Assembly: GCF_001194135.2 (NCBI RefSeq)
Contig: NC_068984.1
Span: forward strand, 103,457,085 to 103,521,084
Source: Octopus bimaculoides
Lineage: Eukaryota
Reading direction: 5' to 3'
DNA length: 64,000 bases
Part shown: positions 13,590-28,566 of the stretch, piece after piece
How positions within the stretch are numbered: the stretch's first letter is position 1
Layout of the letters: each line of letters starts with the position of its first letter
Notes under the pieces: model-generated
What the model was told of the DNA's origin: nothing
Seen by the model: the letters and a program-made list of their open reading frames with translations, nothing else
The model's database searches: none
Position numbers and translations under genes: made by a program

Positions 13590-13738
13590 ATGACATCTCA
13601 AGACAGTCACAATTGGAATGATCAAAAAGTGAACTGAAAATTATTTAGAATGACCCCTGGATTACCATCCATGCAGGAAGTGCAAAAGATTTTATTAGTT
13701 GGTACGTCACACGTATTGAGAAGAGTATTGCTGCTGTG
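13590..13738 (+). mobile_element. RLE-type LINE extreme 3' remnant
   Basis: TPGLPSMQEVQKILLVGTSHVLRRVL* parallels GTAHILRK in the 12929 copy. Confidence 0.7.
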
Positions 13739-13972
13739 AATTTTCTTTCCTTTTTTTTGCCCTTTATTTTCTTTGTTTACTTTTATATTTTAACTTTTTC
13801 TTTCTGTCTTTCTTCCCATTTTTTTTTTCGATCACAAGACTCTGTAAATGAACAATCTGATGTTATTATTTTATATAGCCTACAAATGTATACAGTGCGT
13901 TTCTCTGCCCTGAGTGTCAGGAAGGCACTCGGTAAGAAAAGGAAACGGAATTGAAAGATGATCATGAAAGTG

Positions 13973-14034
<62 letters not shown>

Positions 14035-14654
14035 TAACGGAACCCATAACAAAACCAAACAAAACAACGGCGGACGGATAATCATAGATGCTATAAAATA
14101 GTTGATTTAGGAGTTACACACATACACACACACTACTATGCAACACCCCTCCAAAAATATACAAGAATAAATTCATACTGTAAATACACAACAAAATGAA
14201 CAAAACCCACAACATGTACTATAGAAGGTCGATACCCGACAGAACACAACCTGCTACACAAATAAATACACTATATAAAAGCTGATACAACAGAAGACTC
14301 AAACAAAACCCCATAACAAAACGTACTGATACAATGCAATATCCCCCCCCAAAAAAAAAAATGCAGTACACACGACCTCACCAGTACAACGGGGCAACAA
14401 ATGATGCGATAGAAAGTTGCTTGAAACTTTCAGATGTCAGAAAATAATAGAAGTGATGAATGTTACCTTACCTCAGTTTATGAGAGACAGGAGTTTCGGA
14501 AGAACTCTGGTTGTAACAGCAAAAATGAAGCTGAACCTTTAAGAGAAGGCCTCTCGCTCGACAATGGATCAGTAAAGATGCAGACTGAACATAGCTGTCA
14601 TCCTAATACAGCATCAGTAGATAATAGAGCAAGGAGGAGGAAGTAGACCAGTGA

Positions 14655-15095
14655 AAAGTAGGGGCTAAAGAGAGTCAAGACGTGGTATGAGCACAAATCG
14701 CAGAGAGTGGCGGAATCGGAGACTTGCAAAGTCCTCTGGGATTTCCCAATCCAAACAGATCAGGTGCAAGAGCTTAACAGACCGGACCTAGTGGTGGTCG
14801 ACAAATGCACCACATGTACTATATAGTTGATGTTACATGCTCCTTTGACTCACGAATAGTCAAGAAAGAAGACGAAAAAATAAATAAATGCAACCCTCTT
14901 AAGTCCGAAATAGCCCGGCTATGGAAAATGAAGAAGGTGAAGATAGTGCCAATTATTTGGGCTTGGGGACCGTGTCAGGACGCATCAAGAGGAATGTAAA
15001 GGAAACTGGAATAGAGTGCCCAGTAGAACTGTTACAAAATGTTTGCTTTCTTGGCACGGTCAGAATAATCAGGAAAGTATTAGATAACTGAAAAG
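14655..15095 (+). mobile_element. RLE-type LINE endonuclease domain remnant
   Basis: WYEH...KVLWDFPIQTD...NRPDLVVVDK...IVDVTCSFDS...KEDEKINK...LWKMKKVKIVPII...LGTVRIIRKVLDN* (PD-(D/E)xK type). Confidence 0.92.
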
Positions 15096-15115
15096 AGCGA
15101 ATAGCATGATCAGTA

Positions 15116-15118
15116 AAC

Positions 15119-15182
<64 letters not shown>

Positions 15183-15255
15183 AGGAACGAAGGAAGGAAG
15201 GAAGGAAGGAAGGAAGGAAAGAAAGAAAGAAACAAACAAACAAACAAAGAAACAA
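15116..15255. repeat. Compound (AAAG)n/(AAGG)n/(AAAC)n repeat
   Basis: Direct reading. Confidence 0.97.
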
Positions 15256-16200
15256 AGAACTTGAAAACTGGACAGCTACTTTGTTTATTAACCTCCAAGA
15301 GATGAAAAGCAATGTTTGACCTCGGTGACCTTTGAGGTAAAAGCAACGAAAGCCAGAACGAATTACTGACCTTCTAACTATTCTGCCAATTCGTTGCCTT
15401 TCAGTCACAGAATGGTGAATTAGCAATGAGCGTTAGAGCAATTCAGAGCACTTTGTCCGGCTCTTTTGCCCTCTGTGTTCAAATTCCTCAGCGGTCAGCT
15501 TCGCCTTTTGTACCTTCGAGGATGATAATTAAAAATACCAGCCCAGTATTGACATTGATTCTTCTTCTTCTTGCNNNNNNNNNNNNNNNNNNNNNNNNNN
15601 NNNNNNNNNNNNNNNNNNNNNNNNNNNNNNNNNNNNNNNNNNNNNNNNNNNNNNNNNNNNNNNNNNNNNNNNNNNNNNNNNNNNNNNNNNNNNNNNNNNN
15701 NNNNNNNNNNNNNNNNNNNNNNNNNNNNNNNNNNNNNNNNNNNNNNNNNNNNNNNNNNNNNNNNNNNNNNNNNNNNNNNNNNNNNNNNNNNNNNNNNNNN
15801 NNNNNNNNNNNNNNNNNNNNNNNNNNNNNNNNNNNNNNNNNNNNNNNNNNNNNNNNNNNNNNNNNNNNNNNNNNNNNNNNNNNNNNNNNNNNNNNNNNNN
15901 NNNNNNNNNNNNNNNNNNNNNNNNNNNNNNNNNNNNNNNNNNNNNNNNNNNNNNNNNNNNNNNNNNNNNNNNNNNNNNNNNNNNNNNNNNNNNNNNNNNN
16001 NNNNNNNNNNNNNNNNNNNNNNNNNNNNNNNNNNNNNNNNNNNNNNNNNNNNNNNNNNNNNNNNNNNNNNNNNNNNNNNNNNNNNNNNNNNNNNNNNNNN
16101 NNNNNNNNNNNNNNNNNNNNNNNNNNNNNNNNNNNNNNNNNNNNNNNNNNNNNNNNNNNNNNNNNNNNNNNNNNNNNNNNNNNNNNNNNNNNNNNNNNNN

Positions 16201-16239
<39 letters not shown>

Positions 16240-16245
<6 letters not shown>

Positions 16246-16450
16246 TTGTGTGCCTGTGTTTCTCCCCCACCATCCTTCACAAGCGATGTTAGTGTGTCTA
16301 TGTCCCGGTAACTTAGCGGTTCGGCAAAGAGCCCGATAGAATCGGTACTAGGCTTACAAAGAATAAGGTCCGGGGTTCGATTTGTTCGATTAAAGGTGGT
16401 GCTCTAGCATGTCCGCAGTCAAATGACTGAAACAAATAAAAGAATAAAAA
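16240..16450 (+). mobile_element. SINE family A, 3' half after a gap and (TG)n
   Basis: CCCCGTAACTTAGCGGTTCGGCAAA...TGAAACAAATAAAAGA. Confidence 0.85.
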
Positions 16451-16605
16451 ATAAAAGAATATATATACATATATACATATACATATATACATATATATAT
16501 ATATGTATGTATACCACCTCCTCTTCCGGTCTTTTCATAATGTAACCTCGTGGGCATCGGTACCATTTTCCTCTTTCTCCGTTCTTCCATTCTCCGAACT
16601 TTCCA

Positions 16606-16640
16606 TCTTTCCGACGAAGGGCTACGCCCGAAACGTCACA
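16606..16640 (+). ncRNA. Hammerhead-like motif (CCGACGA-A-GGGC/GCCC-GAAAC-GTC), weak stem I
   Basis: 4-bp stem II, GAAA, ACGT palindrome and GUC triplet read directly. Confidence 0.5.
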
Positions 16641-19142
16641 CACTCTCTCTTTCCTTTCCTGAGCGTCCAATAATACTATCCATATCACGTCCTCNNNNNN
16701 NNNNNNNNNNNNNNNNNNNNNNNNNNNNNNNNNNNNNNNNNNNNNNNNNNNNNNNNNNNNNNNNNNNNNNNNNNNNNNNNNNNNNNNNNNNNNNNNNNNN
16801 NNNNNNNNNNNNNNNNNNNNNNNNNNNNNNNNNNNNNNNNNNNNNNNNNNNNNNNNNNNNNNNNNNNNNNNNNNNNNNNNNNNNNNNNNNNNNNNNNNNN
16901 NNNNNNNNNNNNNNNNNNNNNNNNNNNTATATATATATATATATATATTGTCGGGTGAGCTGTGATGGGGAGGTGCTGTAGAGAATTTTTTTTATTGAAT
17001 TTGGGATTATGTTTTTGTTCAGAATTTATTAATTCGTGTAGAACTTTGTAGATAGCTGTGTATATTTAAGTGTATCAACTTTAGGTCTAGGGATTATTTT
17101 TCAGTGGTTCACAAAAAGGAAGTTGGAAGGTAGAGGTTTTTTTTATCATTGGGCGAGTCATTAGTTTTAGTTATTTCTGGTTTTATTGAATTTAATCCTT
17201 TGATTTGAGAATGTAAAGTTCAAAGTTCAAAATTTAATCCAGTATTTAAAAACTTGTGTGTGTCATTTTTTTCGCAATGAACTTTTTAGGTTTCACTAAA
17301 AAAAATGGTAGTATGTGGTACATTTTAGCAGGTTAGTAATTTTCTTTACTCGCTGTTGATGTTATTTAGGATATTACCTATTTATATTTGGAAGGTGGAG
17401 GTTATCATTTATGCTCATCATGGTGTAATTAGTATAGAAATGATAGCTTAGCTGGGCGAAACTTCGCAGTCACTGACAAATCTACTCTTGTTAAAGAATA
17501 ATAAATTTGTACTCTACAAAATTATGGAGTAGCCCATCAGATTGTTTTTATAAAACTGAACATAAAATCAAGCATTAATGTGTGTGTGTGTGTGTGTGTG
17601 TGTGATTTCTAAAAACAAGATTAAGAGTCGCCAAAGTTATAAACTTCTTAATAATTCACCTCAGCTATTTGGACATTAAACACTAATATACTTAGGTTGG
17701 CGCTCTGTTGTCTCAACCACCTCGATCATCCTAATATAAACCATTTATTTTTGAGATAATTATTGTTTATAGATAGACTTCTGGTCTCTTTTCTTTATTA
17801 TTTTTTTAAAACTTTTTAAGTTTTGGGGGATTTCTCTGTTTATCATAGCTTAAACGTGAAACAGTTTTTATCAGATTAACCTTCATAACCTTATCATAGC
17901 GATTTACAAACACATTTCCTCTGCCATCTGGAGACTCTTGGCTCTCTGTGTTATTCGTTTGCTACAAAATAGTAAAATTTATTTTTTGCACAAGATAAAC
18001 AATCCGACTTTATTCAAAATTCTTATCAATGAAATCTATAATTATTTTATTCTAACAGGCTTTTCAAAACGACACTATCCGTCCCCTACATCGAAACAAT
18101 GACCTCCTTCATTTACTCTTCGTATCCTGTTTCGAATCGTTGAAATGATAATAATTCGTCTAAGCATTCAGGATCTCACGTCGAAAAGTAGGAAGTTGAT
18201 GCTGTTAAGCATTTAGTTCGGCGCTCTCTTTACTATGGTCGCCCCCCAAAAAAGCCTTCAACTGCAACGTAGGAGTGTTGTCATAGCATATGGTGTATGT
18301 TGACCATGTAAACTGACCGACCGACTGAGGGAGGGGGCTTCCATAGTAGATTTATGACGTATGATAAAGGGATGTAGAAGAAGGAAGAGGAGGAGAAGAA
18401 GAAGAAGAAGAAGAAGAAGAAGAAGAAGAAGAAGAAGAAGAAGAAGAAGAAGAAGAAGAAGAAGAAGAAGNNNNNNNNNNNNNNNNNNNNNNNNNNNNNN
18501 NNNNNNNNNNNNNNNNNNNNNNNNNNNNNNNNNNNNNNNNNNNNNNNNNNNNNNNNNNNNNNNNNNNNNNNNNNNNNNNNNNNNNNNNNNNNNNNNNNNN
18601 NNNNNNNNNNNNNNNNNNNNNNNNNNNNNNNNNNNNNNNNNNNNNNNNNNNNNNNNNNNNNNNNNNNNNNNNNNNNNNNNNNNNNNNNNNNNNNNNNNNN
18701 NNNNNNNNNNNNNNNNNNNNNNNNNNNNNNNNNNNNNNNNNNNNNNNNNNNNNNNNNNNNNNNNNNNNNNNNNNNNNNNNNNNNNNNNNNNNNNNNNNNN
18801 NNNNNNNNNNNNNNNNNNNNNNNNNNNNNNNNNNNNNNNNNNNNNNNNNNNNNNNNNNNNNNNNNNNNNNNNNNNNNNNNNNNNNNNNNNNNNATTTTGT
18901 TCAAGTCATTGGACTGTGCAGCAATGCTGAGGCTTGGTAGGTTCAGTCAAACAAAAGGGCCCTTACATTCTCGAGTCTGGTACTTATTTTATGTGTCTCT
19001 TTTGGCGAATCAGGCGCGTAAACAAACCTACACGGGTCGTCCACCGATGAAGGGACACACACTCGCGCGCGCACACACACATATACATAGAAGGAGAGAG
19101 TGAGAATCAGAGAATGAGTCGGGAGATGATGATGACGATGAG

Positions 19143-19197
<55 letters not shown>

Positions 19198-19329
19198 TAT
19201 ATATGTATGTATATGTATATGTATTCACGCACGTATATAGAGAGAAAAGAAAGATTGAATATATTCAGACAATAACTACTCATGTATAAATATATAGATA
19301 TTTATAAATTACAGAGCAAAGTTACACAG

Positions 19330-20890
<1,561 letters not shown>

Positions 20891-20926
20891 TGTATGTATG
20901 TATGTATGTGCATATATGTATGTATA

Positions 20927-20954
<28 letters not shown>

Positions 20955-20958
<4 letters not shown>

Positions 20959-21120
20959 CACGACAAGATTCCACACAGTTTCTGTCAACCAGATTTATTC
21001 ACAAGTCATTGGTCGATCCTGAACTATAGAAGACACTTGTCTACGATACTGTGCAGTAGGACTAAACCTGAAACAACACCGTTAAAGATGAGCTTCTGAA
21101 CTACACAGCCATGCATGCGT
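20955..21120 (-). mobile_element. SINE family A, 5' half
   Basis: Reverse complement of head and CORE-like domain. Confidence 0.75.
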
Positions 21121-21520
21121 CTACATATATGTGTCTCTGTGTAGATTTGTGTTACTATAAAGTACTACAGAGCTTATCTGTATAGTTATGGCCAGCACTA
21201 TGTTATGAGAAATGCAAACATTGCCTCAATATACACAATTAGTTTGATGACAGAAACACAAAAACATTTGCACGCGCTGCACGTCTCAATTCTTCTTGCA
21301 ACTTCGTCAGTAGTTGTGCATCATTTTTAATTATTCATGAGCTTACTTCTTATAAAGCCGCTAATATTAGTTGCTAAAGAAACACTTTCTTGCTAATATG
21401 CTAATTCGAATATTAAATTACTGTGTTTCAGTGTGTGCATTATGTATATAAACATGATGTTTACATTCGTCATTACATATAACTTTGGCTAAAAATGTCC
21501 CTCGATATGTGCTATAGTGC

Positions 21521-21590
<70 letters not shown>

Positions 21591-21721
21591 AACATGCACA
21601 CATGTAAGAATATAAGTGCAAAACAAGGTGGACAAATAGTTCTCGAATACCAAAGGTAGAGTTAGATACTCATTGGAGCTGAAAATATATAGAGAGAGAG
21701 TTGAGGTGAAAAATATTTTTT

Positions 21722-21918
21722 TCTACTCTAAGCACAAGGTCCGAAATTTGCGGGGAAGGGGCCAGTCAATTATATTGACCCCAGTACGCAACTGGTACTT
21801 AATTTATCGATCCCGAAAGAATGAAAGGCAAAATCGACCTCGACAGAGTTAGAACTCAGAACATAAAGACAGACGAAATACCGCTAAGCATTTCGAACGA
21901 TTCTGCCAGCTCACCACC
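21722..21918 (-). mobile_element. SINE family B
   Basis: Reverse complement match to family B. Confidence 0.85.
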
Positions 21919-21964
21919 TTTTGAGGTGAAACATATTGAAGCTGAAAAATATATATATACAGTT

Positions 21965-22205
21965 GAGGTGTGTGGCTTAGTGATTAGAGTGTTGCACTCA
22001 TGATCGCAAGATTGTGGTCCCGGTTCCTAGACCGGGTGACGCGTTGTTGTCTTAAGCAAAACACTTCATTTCACGTTGCTTCAGTTCACTTAGGTGACAA
22101 AAGTGAGTAATCCTGCAACAGACCGGCGTCCTGTCCAGGTGGGGGATATATATATGTCATGGAAACCAGGAAACTAGTCTTTATGAGTCGGTATGACTCA
22201 GGAAG
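21965..22205 (+). mobile_element. SINE family C
   Basis: GTGTGGCTTAGTGATTAGAG head, same body as 3022 and 28329. Confidence 0.7.
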
Positions 22206-23696
22206 GTAGCTTACTCACTGTAAACATTATTATTAAGATTGAAATAAAAATGATTCCATGTGTGTGTGTGCGTGTGCATTTTCGTGTGTGAATGCGTGTT
22301 CGGAATAATCATTTTAAAAACATTTTTCTTTGATGCCCACTCGAAAAGAGCGAAAGGGCGAGTGGAAAATACGATCTGGTTTCAATTTCCAGTTACGCTT
22401 TAGAAAGGCACAGCAGAAGCATCACATTTTTTATCACTTTCACTGAAACTTACAAAGGACCCATTTGTTCGTCGCTGAACCCGCTAAAAATAGCAGTCAA
22501 ATTTCACTTAATTTACATCTTATTGTTATAAAAATATATATCTATGAAACTCTACTGAACAGCTGAGGAAAGGCGAGACAGTCATGGCTTGAACGTTTTT
22601 GATGATAGATTTTAATCATGGTTGACATGTGACTAAACAACAAGAACTTGAGGCTGTAAAGCCCATGTAAGAAATCAATAAGACACCCCAGCCTTACATT
22701 TAAACCATGTCTCTTTGTCATTGAAGATGGGTTCATTCGGTCGTTGCCATAACAACACATGATGGATGCATTTACTTTTGTCTTCTTTTTCCTAAATCAA
22801 TCAAATTCTTACATCTCTGATTCGATTCCTTTCACATGTCCATCTATCATTATGTCTACTGATTCTCACTTGATGCTAAAATTAGTCAAAAAAATGTTTA
22901 AATAATCCAAACAATATTCAAACGTACAAATATATATAGGCACACACACACACACACATATATAGTGATTTCCTTTTCGTTCATATCTGTTTGTTTTAAT
23001 AAAGTGTACCACTTTTGTGTTTTACCTTATTTATTTATTTATTAATCTGTTTTAAACATTTTAATCCTTCAATAAATACAGACAGCATTCCTTAAATTTA
23101 TAGATTTAAGCCCTTACTATCTGATTAAAATCTCTGATCTTTTGTATCAAATTTTACCCATACCCACTTTCTCCCTCGCCTGTCATCTCTCTTTTTCTCC
23201 CGTTTTCTCTATTTCTTTCATTTTCTCTTTCTCTCTCGCACACATACACACTTTCTCTTCCCCTTTCCGTCTCTCTTCTATATTTCTCTCTTATTTATAA
23301 TGCTGTTCTCCTTCTGTCGACCCACTCCATCTTCTCCGATCGCGTTATTTCCCTCCCCTGCAATTACAGTCTCACCCATTCTCCTTTTTACACCGTATAT
23401 TCACATTAGATGTCAGTTTTCTCAATTATTCCATTATCTCATCTCCATAGCAAATAGAAAGCGATCAGTTAGCAGAATTGTAAGTATTCTGCTCTTGGTC
23501 TAAATGCTTGAGCAGATTTTAGCTTCGTCTGTGTTAGTTTTGAGTTGAAATCTAACCAAGTTCGAATTTGACTTTCCGTGCATTCACGACCGATAAAACT
23601 ATAAAATAAAGACCAGAAATATAATAGATTGTTCATTCGTTTTTATCCCTTCCCTATGAATTTACGGCTTTGTTTCAATGTGATAAACCATTTTAA

Positions 23697-24072
23697 ATTT
23701 TACTTGTATCAGTCGTTAGACTATGGCCATGTTGGAGCACCACCTTGAAGAATATTTAATCAAATGTATCGACTCCAGTGCTTATTTTTTTAAAGCTTGT
23801 CACTTATTCGATCGGTCTCTTTTGTCGAACCGCTAGTTTATGGGGACGTAAACACACTAATACCGGTTGACAAGCGGTGGTGGAGGACAGAGACACAAAG
23901 ACACACGCGCACACACATACGCAGTTACACACGCACACGCACACGCACACACACACGCGCACACGCACGCGCACACACACACATACACACACACATTTAT
24001 ATATATATATACACGACGAGCTTCTTTCAGTTTCTGTCTAGCGAATCCACCCACAAGGCTTTGGTCGGCCCG
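23697..24072 (-). mobile_element. SINE family A, head-truncated, with internal (CA)n(TA)n
   Basis: Reverse complement of family A. Confidence 0.85.
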
Positions 24073-24344
24073 AAAAACGAGAATATCATAATTTTTTTGG
24101 AACACAGCTATGTGATATGTGTATACAAAAATTTCATAAACTTTCGAGTGAATGTGAAATAATTATCTTTATTTATTTGTTTGTTTATTTTTGGAACAGT
24201 GGATCTCGAAGCACGTAAAAGTCGAAGGCTGTCTTCGACTTATTCTATCCAAAAGGTTTTTCAACCCAATACTTACATGCTATAATTTATTGTTTATATA
24301 CTTCGAGTTCCGTTGTTTAATATATATATATATACTCTCTCTCT

Positions 24345-24545
24345 CACTTTACTCTTTTACTTGTTTCAGTCATTTGACTGCGGCCATGCTGGGGCACCGC
24401 CTTTAGTCGAGTAAATCGACCCCAGGACATATTCTTTGTAAGCCTAGTACTTATTCTATCGGTCTCTTATGGCGAACCGCTAAGTTACGGGGACATAAAC
24501 ACACCAGCATCGGTTTTCAAGCGATGTTGGGGGACAAACAGATAC
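24345..24545 (-). mobile_element. SINE family A, 3' half
   Basis: Close match to the reverse complement of 540-730. Confidence 0.9.
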
Positions 24546-24551
24546 ACAATC

Positions 24552-24602
<51 letters not shown>

Positions 24603-25274
24603 NNNNNNNNNNNNNNNNNNNNNNNNNNNNNNNNNNNNNNNNNNNNNNNNNNNNNNNNNNNNNNNNNNNNNNNNNNNNNNNNNNNNNNNNNNNNNNNNNN
24701 NNNNNNNNNNNNNNNNNNNNNNNNNNNNNNNNNNNNNNNNNNNNNNNNNNNNNNNNNNNNNNNNNNNNNNNNNNNNNNNNNNNNNNNNNNNNNNNNNNNN
24801 NNNNNNNNNNNNNNNNNNNNNNNNNNNNNNNNNNNNNNNNNNNNNNNNNNNNNNNNNNNNNNNNNNNNNNNNNNNNNNNNNNNNNNNNNNNNNNNNNNNN
24901 NNNNNNNNNNNNNNNNNNNNNNNNNNNNNNNNNNNNNNNNNNNNNNNNNNNNNNNNNNNNNNNNNNNNNNNNNNNNNNNNNNNNNNNNNNNNNNNNNNNN
25001 NNNNNNNNNNNNNNNNNNNNNNNNNNNNNNNNNNNNNNNNNNNNNNNNNNNNNNNNNNNNNNNNNNNNNNNNNNNNNNNNNNNNNNNNNNNNNNNNNNNN
25101 NNNNNNNNNNNNNNNNNNNNNNNNNNNNNNNNNNNNNNNNNNNNNNNNNNNNNNNNNNNNGTATCAAAAGACACATGTGGGAGTTTTTTTGTGTGGTTAT
25201 TTCATTATACTAAGATACTACACGTCTAAGTGGTAGATGTTTCAAACCCATGTAACCGCGTTGTGTGTGTGTAT

Positions 25275-25500
25275 TTGTGTTTTTCCACCACCACCACCAC
25301 CACCACCGTTTGACAACCGGTGTTGGATTCTTTACGTCCCTGTAACCTGGCGGTTCGCCAAATAAAACGATAGAATAACTCCATGCTTTAAAAAAAACAC
25401 TAAGCTCTGGCGTCGATTTGTTCCACTAAGCCCCTTCAATGAGGTGCCCCAGCCTGGCCGCAGTTCAATGGTTGATACAAGTAAAAGATAAAAGATGAAA
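25275..25500 (+). mobile_element. SINE family A, 3' half
   Basis: Family A tail sequence. Confidence 0.8.
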
Positions 25501-25639
25501 GACATAAAATATAACACATTTTTTTTTTTAACAATTTTGTGTTTCATCGTGTAATCAATGCAGCGACGATATAATTTTTAAGACATTAAAAATTGTCTCC
25601 AGCTTTAATGTCACATCTAAATCTCATGCGATAGTTTAT

Positions 25640-25975
25640 ATCTTTTCTACTCTAGGCTCAAGAGCCCGACATTTTGGGGAGGAGCCAGTCGATTAGATCA
25701 ACACCAGTACGTAACTGTTACTTAATTTATCGACCTCGAAAGGATGAAAGGCGAAGTTGACCTCGGCGGAATTTGAACTCAGAACGTAACGGTAGACGAA
25801 ATACCGCTAAAAATTTCGCTCGGAGTGCTAACGGTTCTGCCAGCTCGCCGCCTTGCGGTAGTTTATATCTTTTCTACTCTAGGCTCAAGAGCCCGACATT
25901 TTGGGGAGGAGCCAGTCGATTAGATCAACACCAGTACGTAACTGTTACTTAATTTATCGACCTCGAAAGGATGAA
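25640..25975 (-). mobile_element. SINE family B plus a near-identical partial duplicate running into a gap
   Basis: About 115 bp repeated almost exactly at about 25632 and about 25859. Confidence 0.85.
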
Positions 25976-26793
25976 NNNNNNNNNNNNNNNNNNNNNNNNN
26001 NNNNNNNNNNNNNNNNNNNNNNNNNNNNNNNNNNNNNNNNNNNNNNNNNNNNNNNNNNNNNNNNNNNNNNNNNNNNNNNNNNNNNNNNNNNNNNNNNNNN
26101 NNNNNNNNNNNNNNNNNNNNNNNNNNNNNNNNNNNNNNNNNNNNNNNNNNNNNNNNNNNNNNNNNNNNNNNNNNNNNNNNNNNNNNNNNNNNNNNNNNNN
26201 NNNNNNNNNNNNNNNNNNNNNNNNNNNNNNNNNNNNNNNNNNNNNNNNNNNNNNNNNNNNNNNNNNNNNNNNNNNNNNNNNNNNNNNNNNNNNNNNNNNN
26301 NNNNNNNNNNNNNNNNNNNNNNNNNNNNNNNNNNNNNGCAGACATCATAAGAATTAAGGTGTAATTGTCTGCTAGTTCTAATTCCTTCCAGAATCCCCGA
26401 AATTGTCTAGCATTAGCCTCATTAGTCATCAACAGATGAAGTGCATCCTCTTTAAATCTCTTTCTTTTCTTTCTCTGTCTCTTTACATTATCTACATTAT
26501 CATTTTTTTTTTTGCTCGACTTTTTATCTTATTTCTGAATTTATTTTGTTTCCGCTTGTTTTGGTTTTGTTTTCTTTGAATTTTATTCCTCGGCGCAGCT
26601 GTTTCAGTTCCAAAGACTTGGTATGAAACACCACAAAAACTCGAATCGATTCTTTCATTTATTATACAATATAATAAATAACATGATAATAAAAATAAAA
26701 ATAAAGATATTGTTCCATTGAGCACTAGTAATGCATATTTTACCATTATATACACATATTTTTGGCTTTTGTTTTTTGTTTTTTTTTTATTGT

Positions 26794-26828
<35 letters not shown>

Positions 26829-26879
26829 TTGGAGTGAGAGTCTGGTTTTAATGCCTCTGATATTTGACAATTGTTGACG

Positions 26880-26959
26880 ACAGCCATACACATGCCTAGC
26901 GTGTGTACACATACATTGACTCAGACATACACATAACGCAAACAGATATGCAACACAAC

Positions 26960-27045
<86 letters not shown>

Positions 27046-27830
27046 GCATGATGTATACACATAGGCAGACTACAATATATACATACACACATGCACATGC
27101 ATAATACAAACCGATATACAATACAAACATGCAGATACATACACAGACACAGACACACACACAGGCATACTCAATATACGCAGATATACAACTCAAACAC
27201 ACATGTACATATACATATGCAGACGTACATACATATATACACATTCACAAGCGTAATACATGAGATATACAACACAAACGTAGAGATACATACACACACA
27301 TGCGTATACACGCAGATACACAACACAAACACAAACATATACGTACGCAGATATACAATACACACCCACACATGCATAATAAAAGCATACATACACTACA
27401 ANNNNNNNNNNACGGACTTACATCACTAACACACACGTACATGTACTTACGTAGACACGTAGACACACATATATGAATAATACATAGACATACACCACAA
27501 GCATACACGTATGTATATTTACGCAGACATGCAATACACACACATATGCATATACACACAATGCAAACACACGCGCATGTACATACATAGACGTACAATA
27601 CAATGCATAATACAAGCATAAAGTACTTAGATATATAACACAAAAACACACATACTTATAAATACACAGACATACAAATCGCACATACACACATATGCAT
27701 AATACAACTGCAATACACTCAGACATACAAAGGAAGTGTACAGATATATGCACACACATATATATACATAATACACATAGACATGCAACACAAACATACA
27801 GCTACATAAACACAAACATCTGTATAAGCC
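26880..27830. repeat. Long degenerate CA/TA-rich cryptic satellite
   Basis: Recurrent GCAGATATACAA(C/T)ACAAACAC-like units in a CA-rich matrix. Confidence 0.85.
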
Positions 27831-28328
27831 AGGCAAATCTACGACTCAAGCAAAAATACAGCAAGAGAAGCGTCTGTGATGAGAGCTGATAAATAAAATA
27901 CGAGATTTCCGGGGGGCGGTGGGGGGGTTCTCAGCATTTGATTTCAGTGAAGAAATGAAATGGCCGAATGATATATATAACTACATAACCAACAGATGCT
28001 GTGTCTTGACTTACTAGTCCAGCTTGTCGGTTTTTATTTTTGTTTTTGTCTCTGGCGCGGGGATAATTAACCCATTCACGTGAGGAACATTCAGACGATT
28101 CGCTATTTCTTCGTTTAACGTTGTGATTGGAAACGGTTTCCTGCATTTCACAAGGGAAGGCGTAGAGGATCGAATATAAGCCAGATTACATATTAATACA
28201 AATTTCTAAAAACTCTGGCGTGATTTTAACACACAAATCCCAGAGACAAGCAAATAATCATGGCTCTTTTCAATGGACATATTACACACACACACACACA
28301 CACATACACACACACACACACACACTGT

Positions 28329-28566
28329 GAAGGCGCATGGCTCAGTGGTTAGAGCGTCGGGCACACACTCATGAAGTAGTGAGTTCGATTCCCGGACCGG
28401 GTTGTGTGCTGTGTTCTTGTGCAAGACACTTTATTTCATGTTACTCCAGTTCACTCACCTGTAGAAATGAGTTGCGACGTCATTGTTTCCAAGCTGTGGC
28501 GGCCTTTACCTTTCTCTTGGATAACATGGGTGGCGTGGAAAGGGGAGACATGGGTGGCTGCAGGTC
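28329..28566 (+). mobile_element. SINE family C, well preserved head
   Basis: A box TGGCTCAGTGG, B box GAGTTCGATTCCC, non-tRNA body follows. Confidence 0.85.

Noticed and set aside
25632-25975. Near-identical tandem duplication of a SINE end
   Set aside because: The second copy ends at a gap and is essentially identical; probably a contig-end assembly artefact
26338-26530. Protein-like minus-strand frame (..FKEDALHLLMTNEANARQFRGFWKELE..)
   Set aside because: No acceptor site, no recognisable domain, and it ends in a gap
28329-28400. tRNA genes at SINE heads (also 52365 and 306)
   Set aside because: A and B boxes are present but there is no complete cloverleaf, and each continues into a SINE body
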